Positions 26,969-37,237 of a stretch of DNA of 40,520 bases are shown in pieces. Origin of the DNA: Actinomycetota bacterium (GTDB lineage Bacteria > Actinomycetota > Actinomycetes > S36-B12 > UBA5976); contig JBEGON010000135.1 in NCBI GenBank assembly GCA_041181965.1, forward strand, positions 1 to 40,520, read 5' to 3'. The notes beneath the pieces are model-generated. The model was not told the origin of the DNA. It worked only from the letters and a program-made list of their open reading frames with translations, and made no database searches. The position numbers and the translations under genes were made by a program. Positions within the stretch are counted from its first letter, which is position 1. Every line of letters begins with the position of its first letter.

Positions 26969-28225
26969 GTGAAGGTCCTCGTCATCGGTTCAGGTGCTCG
27001 GGAACACGCGCTAGTCAGAAGTTTGTTGCGCGATCCTTCAGTCACCCAGGTCGTGTGTGCTCCCGGAAATGCTGGCATTGCGGAAGAAGTTCACACAGTC
27101 CAGCTTGATGTGAAAAATGCGGCAGAAATTACTTCTCTCGCTCAAGAACTTTCAGTGGAGCTAGTTGTCATCGGACCAGAAGTGCCACTCGCTCATGGTG
27201 CAGCAGATGCGGTCACTGCCGCGGGAATCGCCTGTTTTGGTCCACTGCGCTCTGCGGCGATGATTGAAGCGAGTAAATCGTTTGCAAAAGAAATCATGAT
27301 CAACGCAGGTGTTCCTACTGCAGCTTCACACACGTGCGCAACAATCAAAGAAGTCGCTGCCGCGATTGACGAATTTGGCGCACCGTATGTCATCAAAGAT
27401 GACGGACTCGCTGCAGGCAAGGGCGTTGTTGTTACCTCCAGTCGCGATGAAGCACTTGCGCATGCGCAAGAATGTCTAACAAAAGTTGATGGCAAAGTTG
27501 TCGTTGAAGAATTTCTTGATGGCCCTGAAGTTTCTCTCTTTCTAGTTTCAGATGGAAAGCACGTTGTTCCGCTTGCACCAGCGCAGGATTTCAAACGTGC
27601 TTATGCTGATGATAAAGGTCCAAACACTGGTGGCATGGGCGCATATTCACCTTTGCCATGGATTGATGAATCACTCGTCGCAGAAGTCGTAGAAACGGTT
27701 GGTCAACCAGTTGTCGACTACATGAATTCAATTGGAAATCCTTTTAGTGGATTGCTGTATGCCGGACTAGCACTGACAAAGCGCGGTGTGCGAGTTATCG
27801 AATTCAATGCACGTTTTGGGGATCCTGAAACTCAAGTTGTACTTGCACGCTTGCAAACACCACTTAGTGATGTGCTGTATGCCGCTGCGACTGGAAGTCT
27901 GAATAGATTGCCCGCGTTAAAGTGGAGTGATGATGCGGCGGTCACTGTTGTGATCGCGAGTGAAAACTATCCAGAGGCACCTGTCACTGGTGATCGCATC
28001 GAAGGACTTGCAGAAGCTGACGCCGTTGACGGTGTTGATGTGTTCCATGCTGGGACCGCGAAAGTCGATGGTCACATCGTGACCGCCGGAGGTCGTATCC
28101 TCTCCGTCACCGCAGTTGGTGTCGATTTGGCACAAGCTCGAGCTCGCGCATATGAAGCAATTTCAAAAATCACATTTCGTGGGTCACATTTCCGCACGGA
28201 TATCGCACAGAAAGCGAGCGTTTGA
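26969..28225 (+). CDS. purD: phosphoribosylamine-glycine ligase
   Basis: MKVLVIGSGAREHAL N-terminus and ATP-grasp motifs. Confidence 0.95.
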   Translation: MKVLVIGSGAREHALVRSLLRDPSVTQVVCAPGNAGIAEEVHTVQLDVKNAAEITSLAQELSVELVVIGPEVPLAHGAADAVTAAGIACFGPLRSAAMIEASKSFAKEIMINAGVPTAASHTCATIKEVAAAIDEFGAPYVIKDDGLAAGKGVVVTSSRDEALAHAQECLTKVDGKVVVEEFLDGPEVSLFLVSDGKHVVPLAPAQDFKRAYADDKGPNTGGMGAYSPLPWIDESLVAEVVETVGQPVVDYMNSIGNPFSGLLYAGLALTKRGVRVIEFNARFGDPETQVVLARLQTPLSDVLYAAATGSLNRLPALKWSDDAAVTVVIASENYPEAPVTGDRIEGLAEADAVDGVDVFHAGTAKVDGHIVTAGGRILSVTAVGVDLAQARARAYEAISKITFRGSHFRTDIAQKASV

Positions 28226-28231
28226 GAAACT

Positions 28232-29662
28232 ATGACAGTGAATAAGCCTCGACTGAGCAACGTGCTAGCAAACCGTTATGCGTCTGCGGATGTTGCCCGG
28301 ATCTGGTCTCCAGAGCACAAAATCGTGCTCGAACGCCAGTTGTGGATTGCAGTGCTCAAGGCGCAGGCAGAGCTCGGTCTCGAAGTGGCACCTGCCGTCA
28401 TAGAAGCTTACGAATCGGCCGTCGACAAAGTTGATTTGCAGTCCATCGCCCAACGTGAAGCTGTTTCACGTCACGATGTGAAAGCGCGAATCGAAGAATT
28501 TTGCGCACTTGCTGGTCATGAACACATTCACAAAGGTATGACTTCACGCGACCTCACTGAAAACGTTGAACAACTCCAAGTGCGTCTCTCGCTTGAAATT
28601 ATGCGCAACAAAACGGTCGCAACTCTTGCTCGGCTTGGTTCACTTGCAGCGCAGTACAGCGATGTTGCACTCACTGGTCGCTCGCACAACGTGCCAGCAC
28701 AAATCACCACGCTCGGAAAACGTTTTGCATCGGCGGCAGACGAATTGCTGATTGCATTTGATCGCATTGAAGACTTGATTGCGCGCTATCCACTCCGTGG
28801 AATCAAAGGCCCGGTGGGAACCTCGCAAGACATGCTCGATCTATTCGATGGTGACGAATCAAAACTGATTGATCTAGAACAACGTATCGCGCATCATCTT
28901 GGTTTTGAACACGTACTTACTTCAGTCGGACAGGTTTATCCACGTTCACTTGATCATGATGTAGTAAGTGCACTTGTTCAACTTGCCGCCGCACCGTCAT
29001 CGATGGCACACACGATTCGTTTGATGGCTGGACAGGAACTCGTCACAGAAGGTTTCAAAGAAGGCCAAGTTGGCAGTAGCGCAATGCCTCACAAGATGAA
29101 CACGCGTTCGTGTGAACGTGTTAATGGATTCACGGTAATTCTTCGTGGCTACATGACGATGACTGCGGAACTTGCTGGAAGTCAGTGGAATGAAGGCGAT
29201 GTGGCGTGCAGCGTGGTGCGACGCGTAGCACTTCCGGATGCATTCTTTGCACTCGACGGATTGTTCGAAACATTCCTGACAGTTCTCGACGAGTTCGGCG
29301 CCTTCCCTGCAGTAATTACCAATGAATTGCAGCGAAATTTGCCGTTCTTGGCGACTACCAAAGTTTTGATGGCATCAGTGCGCAAAGGTGTCGGTCGTGA
29401 GACTGCTCATGAAGTTATTAAGGAACATGCTGTAGCTACCGCACTTGGATTGCGTGCAGGCGAAGCCAATGATTTGGTGACCCGTCTTGGCAACGATGCT
29501 CGACTCAATCTATCGGTCGCAGAAATCACCGCACTGATGTCAGAACCTTTGGAATTCAGCGGAGCCGCGCGTTCTCAAGTTGATGCGATCATCGAACAAA
29601 TCGAATCTGTCTCTTCAATGTATCCAGAAGCGGCAATTTATTCACCAGGTTCGATCCTCTAA
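28232..29662 (+). CDS. purB: adenylosuccinate lyase
   Basis: Fumarate-lyase signature GSSAMPHKMN, 476 aa. Confidence 0.95.
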   Translation: MTVNKPRLSNVLANRYASADVARIWSPEHKIVLERQLWIAVLKAQAELGLEVAPAVIEAYESAVDKVDLQSIAQREAVSRHDVKARIEEFCALAGHEHIHKGMTSRDLTENVEQLQVRLSLEIMRNKTVATLARLGSLAAQYSDVALTGRSHNVPAQITTLGKRFASAADELLIAFDRIEDLIARYPLRGIKGPVGTSQDMLDLFDGDESKLIDLEQRIAHHLGFEHVLTSVGQVYPRSLDHDVVSALVQLAAAPSSMAHTIRLMAGQELVTEGFKEGQVGSSAMPHKMNTRSCERVNGFTVILRGYMTMTAELAGSQWNEGDVACSVVRRVALPDAFFALDGLFETFLTVLDEFGAFPAVITNELQRNLPFLATTKVLMASVRKGVGRETAHEVIKEHAVATALGLRAGEANDLVTRLGNDARLNLSVAEITALMSEPLEFSGAARSQVDAIIEQIESVSSMYPEAAIYSPGSIL

Positions 29663-29670
29663 GCAGCATT

Positions 29671-30555
29671 GTGAAACTCGAACCTGCTGACTATCAGTTG
29701 CCCGTCGAATACGTTCATATGTATTCTGGCAAAGTTCGAGATCTGTATCGCAGTCCGCAAGGCGAATTACTTTTCGTAGTGAGTGATCGCATTTCTGCCT
29801 ATGACTGGGTAATGCCAACCGAGATTCCCGATAAAGGAAAAATCTTGACGGCACTCTCATTGTGGTGGTTTGAACAATTGAAAGACATTGTTCCAAATCA
29901 TGTGATCAGCGTTGATGTACCGGAACAGGTTCGCGGTCGAGCAATGATCTGCCAGTCACTCGACATGATTCCGGTTGAATGCGTCGCTCGCGGTTATCTC
30001 ACTGGCAGTGGACTCGTCGAATATAGAACAAACGGCGCGGTGTGTGGTGTGAGTTTGCCGGATGGGCTTGTTGACGGATCAAAACTTCCGCAACCTATTT
30101 TCACCCCGGCCACCAAAGCAGAACTTGGCGAACATGACGAAAATGTTGATTTTGATCACGTTGTAAGAACTGTCGGCGTCGAAACCGCAACGACAATTCG
30201 CGATCTCACACTTTCGGTATACAGCCGAGCAGAAAAAATTGCTGCCGAACGAGGCGTGATTTTGGCAGACACGAAATTTGAATTCGGAAAACGTTCAGAC
30301 GGACAGATTGTTTTGGCAGATGAAGTCCTCACACCCGACTCATCGCGCTACTGGCCAGCAGATCTCTGGTCGCCAGGTAGGGCGCAGCCTTCATTCGATA
30401 AGCAGTTCCTCCGGGATTGGCTCACGTCGCCTGCCAGCGGTTGGGACAAGTCGGGCAGCAACCCACCGCCGGAACTTCCCGAGGCAGTTGTGGAGCAGAC
30501 CCGCGCCAAGTACATCGAGGCTTTCGAGCGTCTAACAGGCACGGATTGGGCTTAG
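29671..30555 (+). CDS. purC: phosphoribosylaminoimidazole-succinocarboxamide (SAICAR) synthase
   Basis: YSGKVRD, SDRISAYD and LADTKFEFG motifs. Confidence 0.95.
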   Translation: MKLEPADYQLPVEYVHMYSGKVRDLYRSPQGELLFVVSDRISAYDWVMPTEIPDKGKILTALSLWWFEQLKDIVPNHVISVDVPEQVRGRAMICQSLDMIPVECVARGYLTGSGLVEYRTNGAVCGVSLPDGLVDGSKLPQPIFTPATKAELGEHDENVDFDHVVRTVGVETATTIRDLTLSVYSRAEKIAAERGVILADTKFEFGKRSDGQIVLADEVLTPDSSRYWPADLWSPGRAQPSFDKQFLRDWLTSPASGWDKSGSNPPPELPEAVVEQTRAKYIEAFERLTGTDWA

Positions 30556-30624
30556 GCCGCCGACTAAACTTGGCCATGTTCCGACGCTGGTCGGAGCTCC
30601 ACCCCACTGCTGAGGGAGTGCCGC

Positions 30625-30873
30625 GTGGCTCGTGTTGTCGTCGATGTTCGACTGAAACCAGAAATTCTTGACCCCCAAGGTCGTGCAGTTCAAGGAGCAC
30701 TTGGCCGCCTTGGTCTTGCTCATGTGACAAGTGTCCGACAAGGTAAACAATTCGTCATCGATATCGATGGTTCAGTTGACGATGCACAACTGAAAAAACT
30801 TCACGAGATTGCGGGAAACCTTTTGAGCAATCCAGTTATTGAAGACTACGAATTGCGAGTTGAGCAGGCGTGA
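30625..30873 (+). CDS. purS: FGAM synthase subunit PurS
   Basis: 82 aa, with [14 protein letters not shown] typical of PurS. GAGGGAG SD precedes the GTG start. Confidence 0.9.
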   Translation: MARVVVDVRLKPEILDPQGRAVQGALGRLGLAHVTSVRQGKQFVIDIDGSVDDAQLKKLHEIAGNLLSNPVIEDYELRVEQA

Positions 30874-31559
30874 AAACAGCGCGAATTGGTGTCGTAACTT
30901 TTCCTGGTTCGCTCGATGATCGCGATGCAGCTCGCGCAGTGAAAATCGCTGGTGGCGAACCGGTAGCGCTCTGGCATGCTGATGCAAATCTGCACGATGT
31001 TGATGCAGTCGTTTTGCCTGGCGGTTTTTCTTACGGTGATTATTTGCGGTGTGGTGCGATTGCACGTTTCGCTCCCGTGATGGAGAAAATTGTTGATGCA
31101 GCACAGGGCGGAATGCCGGTACTTGGCATCTGTAATGGTTTTCAAGTTCTTTGTGAATCGCATTTGCTTCCTGGCGCATTGATTCGCAATGATCATCGTC
31201 ATTTCATTTGCCGCGATCAGAAATTGCAAATCACGAACACTTCGACCATGTGGACTTCTGACTACACGATGAATGAAGAAATCATCATTCCTTTAAAGAA
31301 TGGTGAAGGTGGATTTGTTGCGGCAGAAAAAATCCTTGACGAACTTGAAGCAGAAAATCGTGTCATCGCTCGTTATGTAGATGTGAATCCAAATGGTTCT
31401 TACCGCGATATCGCAGGTATTTCTAATGCTCGCGGAAATGTTGTTGGTTTGATGCCACACCCAGAACATGCTGTGGAAGATCTCACTGGCCCTGGCACTG
31501 ATGGACTTGGATTCTTCACTTCAGTGTTGAGCTCATTGTTGCAAGGAGCTGCACGATGA
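30870..31559 (+). CDS. purQ: FGAM synthase glutaminase subunit PurQ
   Basis: Class I amidotransferase motifs (GICNGFQ, MPHPE). The start overlaps the purS stop. Confidence 0.95.
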   Translation: MKTARIGVVTFPGSLDDRDAARAVKIAGGEPVALWHADANLHDVDAVVLPGGFSYGDYLRCGAIARFAPVMEKIVDAAQGGMPVLGICNGFQVLCESHLLPGALIRNDHRHFICRDQKLQITNTSTMWTSDYTMNEEIIIPLKNGEGGFVAAEKILDELEAENRVIARYVDVNPNGSYRDIAGISNARGNVVGLMPHPEHAVEDLTGPGTDGLGFFTSVLSSLLQGAAR

Positions 31560-33856
31560 GCCGTCATGTAGACACCGTGCACAACGCGGCAAATACTCCC
31601 GAAACATCGCAACCGTACAAAGAACTTGGCGTCAAGGACGATGAATACGCGCGCATTCGCGAAATTCTGAATCGCCGTCCAACAAATTCTGAACTGGCAA
31701 TGTATTCAGTGATGTGGTCAGAACATTGTTCGTACAAATCGAGCAAAGTTCATCTCAAACAATTCGGTGACAAGAAACCAAAATCAGACGCGATGCTCGT
31801 AGGCATTGGTGAAAATGCTGGTGTAGTCGATATTGGTGATGGCTGGGCTGTGACCTTTAAAGTCGAAAGCCATAACCACCCTTCATTTGTTGAGCCATAT
31901 CAAGGTGCCGCAACTGGCGTTGGTGGAATTGTGCGCGACATCCTTTCGATGGGTGCGCGTCCTGTAGCAGTAATGGATCCACTGCGTTTCGGTCCAGCTG
32001 ATGCGCCAGACACTGCGCGCGTGCTTCCCGGAATCATCGCTGGCGTTGGTGGTTACGGAAATTGCTTAGGTCTGCCGAATATTGGTGGCGAAGTTGTTTT
32101 TGATCCAACGTATCTTGGTAACCCACTGGTGAATGCACTCTGTGTCGGGACCATGCGCCATGAAGATATCCACCTTGCAAAAGCTTCAGGCATCGGCAAT
32201 CTCGTCATTTTGTTCGGTGCCGCAACCGGAGGCGATGGCATCGGCGGCGTATCTGTATTGGCTTCTGAAACTTTCGAAGATGGTGGTCCCGCAAAGCGCC
32301 CTAGCGTTCAGGTGGGCGACCCATTCATGGAGAAACTCCTTATTGAATGCACTCTTGAAGTTTTGCATGCCGGTTTGGTTGAAGGTATTCAAGATCTCGG
32401 TGGCGCAGGAATTTCGTGTGCAACAAGTGAACTAGCAAGCAACGGCACCGGTGGTATGCACGTGTATCTCGAACGTGTTCCCTTGCGCGATGCGACGTTG
32501 ACTCCAGAGGAAATTCTGATGAGTGAATCACAGGAACGCATGTGCGCAATCGTTCCGCCGGAGCATGCAGAAGCATTTATGAAAATCTGTGACAAGTGGG
32601 ATGTTGTTGCGACTGTCATTGGCGAAGTCACCGATACGGGACGACTCATCATTGAATGGCATGGCGATGTCATTGTTGATGTTCCTCCTCGTACCGTCGC
32701 ACACGATGGTCCTGTCTATGAACGTCCATACCATCGTCCTGTTTGGCAGGACGCGCTACAAGCGGATGCGCCAACAGCAGAACGTCTGCACCGTCCAACT
32801 AATGCAGCGGAACTTCGCGAAACAATCTTACGAATGACTGCGGCGCCAAACTTGGCGTCAAAGCGTTGGGTGACCGATCAATACGACCGGTATGTCTTGG
32901 GCAACACAGTTCTTGCGCAGCCAGAAGATTCAGGCATGGTGCGAGTGGATGAAAACACAGGTCGTGGTGTTGCGGTGTCCACTGATTGCAACGGACGCTT
33001 CGCAAAACTCGATCCTTACAACGGTGCAAAACTTGCTCTCGCTGAGGCATATCGCAATGTTTCAACCACTGGTGCGGTGCCATTGGCCGTCACAAATTGC
33101 TTGAATTTTGGCTCTCCGGAAGACCCAGAGGTCATGTGGCAATTCTCGGAAGCTGTGCGCGGACTTGCTGATGGTTGCCTCGAACTCAATACACCTGTCA
33201 CTGGCGGAAATGTTTCGTTCTACAACCAAACTGGTGATGTCGCGATTTTGCCGACACCAGTTGTTGGTGTTCTTGGTGTCATTGATGATGTGCATCGTCG
33301 CACTCCAATGGCATGGGATGAAGATGGTGAACTCATTTATCTTCTTGGCGATACCCACGACGATTTCGCTGGTAGTGAATGGGCGCACGAAATCCATGGC
33401 CACCTTGGCGGTTTGCCACCGGTTATTGATTTGAAAAAAGAGGAACAGCTTTCACAAATCTTGGTTGCATCTTCGCGCGACGGTCTAATCAGCGCCGCTC
33501 ACGATGTGAGCGAAGGCGGCGTTATGCAAAGTCTTGTTGAAATGTCGCTGCGTGCAGGCAAAGGTGCCCGCGTCTGGGTTCCCGATGCACTAGATCCTTT
33601 TGTCTTTGCATATTCAGAATCTGCAACGCGTGCAATTGTGGTTGTGGCACGCAGCGAAGAAGTTCGTTTCACCGAAATGTGCGGCGCACGTGGATTTACT
33701 GCAACTCGCATTGGTGTGGTTGATTCTGAATCAGCAGAAGTACCATCACTCGTAATTGATAATGTGTACGGTGATGCGGTGTCACTTCCACTGAGTGAAC
33801 TTGCAGAGAAACACTTTGGCACTTTGCCAGCAATCTTCGGTCCAACAGTCGGGTAA
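31556..33856 (+). CDS. purL: FGAM synthase subunit PurL
   Basis: 766 aa with [10 protein letters not shown] and ESHNHPS motifs. The start overlaps the purQ stop (ATGA). Confidence 0.95.
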   Translation: MSRHVDTVHNAANTPETSQPYKELGVKDDEYARIREILNRRPTNSELAMYSVMWSEHCSYKSSKVHLKQFGDKKPKSDAMLVGIGENAGVVDIGDGWAVTFKVESHNHPSFVEPYQGAATGVGGIVRDILSMGARPVAVMDPLRFGPADAPDTARVLPGIIAGVGGYGNCLGLPNIGGEVVFDPTYLGNPLVNALCVGTMRHEDIHLAKASGIGNLVILFGAATGGDGIGGVSVLASETFEDGGPAKRPSVQVGDPFMEKLLIECTLEVLHAGLVEGIQDLGGAGISCATSELASNGTGGMHVYLERVPLRDATLTPEEILMSESQERMCAIVPPEHAEAFMKICDKWDVVATVIGEVTDTGRLIIEWHGDVIVDVPPRTVAHDGPVYERPYHRPVWQDALQADAPTAERLHRPTNAAELRETILRMTAAPNLASKRWVTDQYDRYVLGNTVLAQPEDSGMVRVDENTGRGVAVSTDCNGRFAKLDPYNGAKLALAEAYRNVSTTGAVPLAVTNCLNFGSPEDPEVMWQFSEAVRGLADGCLELNTPVTGGNVSFYNQTGDVAILPTPVVGVLGVIDDVHRRTPMAWDEDGELIYLLGDTHDDFAGSEWAHEIHGHLGGLPPVIDLKKEEQLSQILVASSRDGLISAAHDVSEGGVMQSLVEMSLRAGKGARVWVPDALDPFVFAYSESATRAIVVVARSEEVRFTEMCGARGFTATRIGVVDSESAEVPSLVIDNVYGDAVSLPLSELAEKHFGTLPAIFGPTVG

Positions 33857-33858
33857 TA

Positions 33859-34197
33859 ATGCATAGCGCCACCATCGATCAATGCGTGGAGCATTACCGA
33901 GCTGGAACAAAACCTGATCGAGAAACCGAACGTGCGGCGACGAAAGAGGTGCTAGCCGAAATTGCCGCTCGCGTGCCAGGAAAATCTGTCGAATTACGGA
34001 TTCCGCCTTTTGCTGCGGTGCAGATTGTGGAAGGTCCGATCCATCGTCGTGGCACGCCTTCAGCGGTGGTTGAGATGTCTGCTCAGACCTTGATTGAGAT
34101 GGCTGCAGGAACGAGTTCATGGGTGGATTTGTCTGCGGCAGGCAAGATTCTTGCATCCGGCGAACGAAGTGATTTGAGCGCTCTTTTCCCCTTGTAA
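33859..34197 (+). CDS. sterol-carrier (SCP2)-like family protein, function unknown
   Basis: 112-aa ORF 2 nt after purL. I recall this small family in the same position (between purL and purF) in other actinobacteria. Confidence 0.55.
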   Translation: MHSATIDQCVEHYRAGTKPDRETERAATKEVLAEIAARVPGKSVELRIPPFAAVQIVEGPIHRRGTPSAVVEMSAQTLIEMAAGTSSWVDLSAAGKILASGERSDLSALFPL

Positions 34198-34247
34198 TTC
34201 TGTTTCTCACGATGTGAGTGGCTACTTTTGAGTGGGATTTTCCACAC

Positions 34248-34253
34248 TAAAAT
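34248..34253 (+). promoter_or_regulatory. -10 element TAAAAT, 6 nt before GTG 34260 (predicted leaderless purF promoter)
   Basis: Same hexamer, spacing and upstream TTTTGAG block as purD. Confidence 0.5.
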
Positions 34254-34259
34254 TCACCC

Positions 34260-35780
34260 GTGATTCGCGGCGATGGGCGACTAACCCACGATTTGAACCC
34301 CAACGAAAAGGGACCGCAGGATGCCTGCGGAGTTTTCGGCGTCTGGGCTCCCGGCGAACAAGTTTCCAAACTCGTCTATTTCGGTTTATATGCATTGCAG
34401 CATCGCGGTCAGGAATCAGCAGGTATTGCCGCGAGCGATGGATCTCGTGTTGTTGTATTCAAAGAGATGGGCTTGGTTTCTCAGGTCTTCAACGAAGGAA
34501 TCCTTGATTCGCTCACTGGCCACATTGCGATTGGTCACTGCCGTTACTCAACAACTGGTTCGAGTAAGTGGGAAAACGCCCAACCGACGTTTCGTACAAC
34601 TGCGCAAGGCCACGTAGCGCTTGGACACAATGGCAACTTGGTCAACACCGAAGAGCTTGCTGCACTTGCTAAAGAACAAAATACGCAACGTGGTGAATTG
34701 CCGATTGATACAGATCCAACCCTGACCAGTGACACTCGTGTGCTTACAGAACTTCTCGCAGCACATCCGGATCTTTCGCTTGAAGAATCAGCACTGCGAG
34801 TTTTGCCGCTTGTGCGCGGCGCTTTCTCACTCGTTTTTATCGATGAACAAACGTTGTATGCAGCGCGCGATCCGCAAGGCATTCGTCCACTCGCTCTCGG
34901 TCGCTTAGATCGCGGTTGGGTTGTCGCATCTGAAACTGCAGCGCTAGACATTGTCGGCGCCTCCTACGTTCGTGATGTTGAACCAGGCGAATTGATCGCA
35001 ATCGATGAAGCCGGTTTGCGTTCATTCAAATTTGCTGAACCCGCACCGAAACATTGCCTCTTCGAATATGTGTACTTGGCTCGCCCAGACACAGTGCTCA
35101 CTGGTCGCGCAGTTCATGCGGTTCGCGTGGAAGTGGGACGTCAACTCGCAAAAGAACATCCTGTCGAAGCTGACATGGTGATTCCTGTGCCTGAATCAGG
35201 AACACCTGCAGCCGTCGGTTATGCACAACAAAGCGGAATTCCGTTTGCGCAGGGACTCGTCAAAAATGCATATGTCGGTCGCACTTTCATTCAACCGTCA
35301 CAAACATTGCGTCAACTTGGTATTCGTCTCAAACTCAATCCGTTGCGTGAAGAAATCGCTGGCAAGCGACTTGTGGTCGTAGATGATTCGATAGTTCGAG
35401 GTAATACCCAGCGTGCAATTGTTCGGATGTTGCGGGAGGCGGGTGCTCTTGAAGTTCACGTGCGAATTTCGAGTCCGCCAGTTGAATGGCCGTGTTTTTA
35501 CGGTATTGACTTTGCAACTCGCGCAGAGTTGATTGCAACTGGTTTGAGCGTTGATGAGATTTGCACATCAATTGGCGCTGATTCCTTGGGATTTGTTTCG
35601 CTTGACGGACTTACGGCCGCAACCGGAGTTGCACAAGATCGTCTGTGCATGGCGTGTTTTGATGGTTCATATCCGGTGGGAATTCCACAGAGCGAAACCA
35701 TTGGCAAGCATGTTCTCGAAGGTATTGCAAAATCAGTCGAGGCTGATGGTGGCGCAATTCATGCACTGAGGTTTCCGTGA
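34260..35780 (+). CDS. purF: amidophosphoribosyltransferase
   Basis: Propeptide followed by nucleophile Cys (GPQDACGVFGVW), QHRGQESAGI, and PRPP loop VVVDDSIVRGNT. Confidence 0.95.
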   Translation: MIRGDGRLTHDLNPNEKGPQDACGVFGVWAPGEQVSKLVYFGLYALQHRGQESAGIAASDGSRVVVFKEMGLVSQVFNEGILDSLTGHIAIGHCRYSTTGSSKWENAQPTFRTTAQGHVALGHNGNLVNTEELAALAKEQNTQRGELPIDTDPTLTSDTRVLTELLAAHPDLSLEESALRVLPLVRGAFSLVFIDEQTLYAARDPQGIRPLALGRLDRGWVVASETAALDIVGASYVRDVEPGELIAIDEAGLRSFKFAEPAPKHCLFEYVYLARPDTVLTGRAVHAVRVEVGRQLAKEHPVEADMVIPVPESGTPAAVGYAQQSGIPFAQGLVKNAYVGRTFIQPSQTLRQLGIRLKLNPLREEIAGKRLVVVDDSIVRGNTQRAIVRMLREAGALEVHVRISSPPVEWPCFYGIDFATRAELIATGLSVDEICTSIGADSLGFVSLDGLTAATGVAQDRLCMACFDGSYPVGIPQSETIGKHVLEGIAKSVEADGGAIHALRFP

Positions 35781-36850
35781 GCGACGCGTACGCACAAGCG
35801 GGTGTTGATACAGAAGCTGGCGAACGCGCTGTCGCGTTGATGAAGGCAAGTGTTCTTGCGGCATCACGACCAGAAGTTGTGGGGGACTTCGGCGGATTTG
35901 CAGGACTTTTTGATGCATCAGCGCTGACGAAATTTCGCAAACCACTGCTTGCTACTGGTACCGATGGAGTTGGCACCAAAGTTGCCATTGCACAAAAACT
36001 TGGAATTCATCACACTATTGGGCAAGATCTTGTCGCGATGATTGCCGACGACATTGTTGTCTGCGGTGCAGAGCCGCTCTTTCTCACGGACTACATCGCT
36101 ACGGGGAAAGTTGATCCGAACGTTGTTGCAGACATCGTCCGCGGAGTTGCGGATGGTTGCAAAATTGCGGGAATGGCATTGCTCGGCGGCGAAACGGCTG
36201 AACATCCAGGCTTGATGGCACCAGGCGAATATGACATTGCAGGTGCTGGTGTTGGCGCGGTTGAGGCTGATGAATTACTTGGTGCACATCGCGTCAAGAC
36301 TGGTGACGTAGTAATTGCCATGCCTTCATCTGGTTTGCACAGCAATGGTTATTCACTTGCGCGTCACGTTTTGCTTTCACGACTTGATCTCAATGCGCAC
36401 ATCGCGGAATTGGGCCGCACTCTTGGTGAAGAAATGTTGGAACCGACGCGCATCTATTCACTTGACTGCCTGTCACTTGCAAAGGAATTGAAGAATTCAC
36501 TCCACACGTTTTCACATATCACTGGAGGCGGCATCGCTGCAAACATCGCGCGTGTGCTTCCAGTCGATCTAGCAGCAGACATTGAGTCAAGTGCGTGGAA
36601 CGCGTTACCCATCTTTGATCTCATTGCAAAACTCGGTGATGTATCCGTCAGCGACATGCGCAAAACTTTCAATATGGGAATCGGAATGGTGGCGATTGTT
36701 GATGCAGCAGCAGAATCACAAGTTATCGCGCATCTGAAGAGTCGCGGTATCGAAGCCACTGTAATTGGACAGGTTCGTACGCGTCGAGAAAATGAATCCG
36801 GAGATGCCGCAGCAAAAGGCGGCAAGGGTGGAGCGGTGACGGTTCGTTAA
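35777..36850 (+). CDS. purM: phosphoribosylformylglycinamidine cyclo-ligase (AIR synthase)
   Basis: YAQAGVD N-terminus, GTDGVGTK and DYIA motifs. The start overlaps the purF stop. Confidence 0.95.
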   Translation: MSDAYAQAGVDTEAGERAVALMKASVLAASRPEVVGDFGGFAGLFDASALTKFRKPLLATGTDGVGTKVAIAQKLGIHHTIGQDLVAMIADDIVVCGAEPLFLTDYIATGKVDPNVVADIVRGVADGCKIAGMALLGGETAEHPGLMAPGEYDIAGAGVGAVEADELLGAHRVKTGDVVIAMPSSGLHSNGYSLARHVLLSRLDLNAHIAELGRTLGEEMLEPTRIYSLDCLSLAKELKNSLHTFSHITGGGIAANIARVLPVDLAADIESSAWNALPIFDLIAKLGDVSVSDMRKTFNMGIGMVAIVDAAAESQVIAHLKSRGIEATVIGQVRTRRENESGDAAAKGGKGGAVTVR

Positions 36851-36859
36851 TTAACGAAC
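36842..36859. repeat. 18-bp perfect palindrome GTTCGTTAA|TTAACGAAC formed by the abutting ends of two convergent genes
   Basis: purM ends GTT CGT TAA at 36842-36850. The DUF3073 gene ends with the same nine bases on the other strand at 36851-36859. There is zero intergenic distance. Confidence 0.9.
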
Positions 36860-37060
36860 GTCGTCTTGCTCATCATCTTCGCCATCCTCAACATCTGAGT
36901 CTTCGGCGAAGTCTGCGTAACGGTCTTCATCTTCAGCGGAATCAGAACCGCGAACTGAATGCAATTCAGCTGCCAGCGCCTCAAGATCTGTTCCTCCAGT
37001 GGAGTACTTGAGTTCGCGTGCAACCTTGGCTTGTTTTGCCTTTTGCCGGCCGCGCCCCAT
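36851..37060 (-). CDS. DUF3073-family small protein (basic N-terminus, highly acidic tail)
   Basis: MGRGRQKAKQAKVARELKY is the conserved DUF3073 N-terminus as I recall it. GAGGGGG SD precedes ATG 37060. The ORF-track 195-aa version (to 37438) is an unsupported upstream extension. Confidence 0.8.
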   Translation of the reverse strand: MGRGRQKAKQAKVARELKYSTGGTDLEALAAELHSVRGSDSAEDEDRYADFAEDSDVEDGEDDEQDDVR

Positions 37061-37237
37061 ATGGCTCAGCCCCCTCAAAATCGTTTGGATGAAAACCCGC
37101 TGTGAGGCGGAGAGGCGAATATTAGTTAAGGAGCCTGAAAAGGGGGAGAGGCGAGCGTGAAATGTGAGCGAGCGCCCGCTTTGGGTGGATTTTGGACCAT
37201 GGGGATAGTGCCAAATCGCCCAAACGGTGGCACAGTT

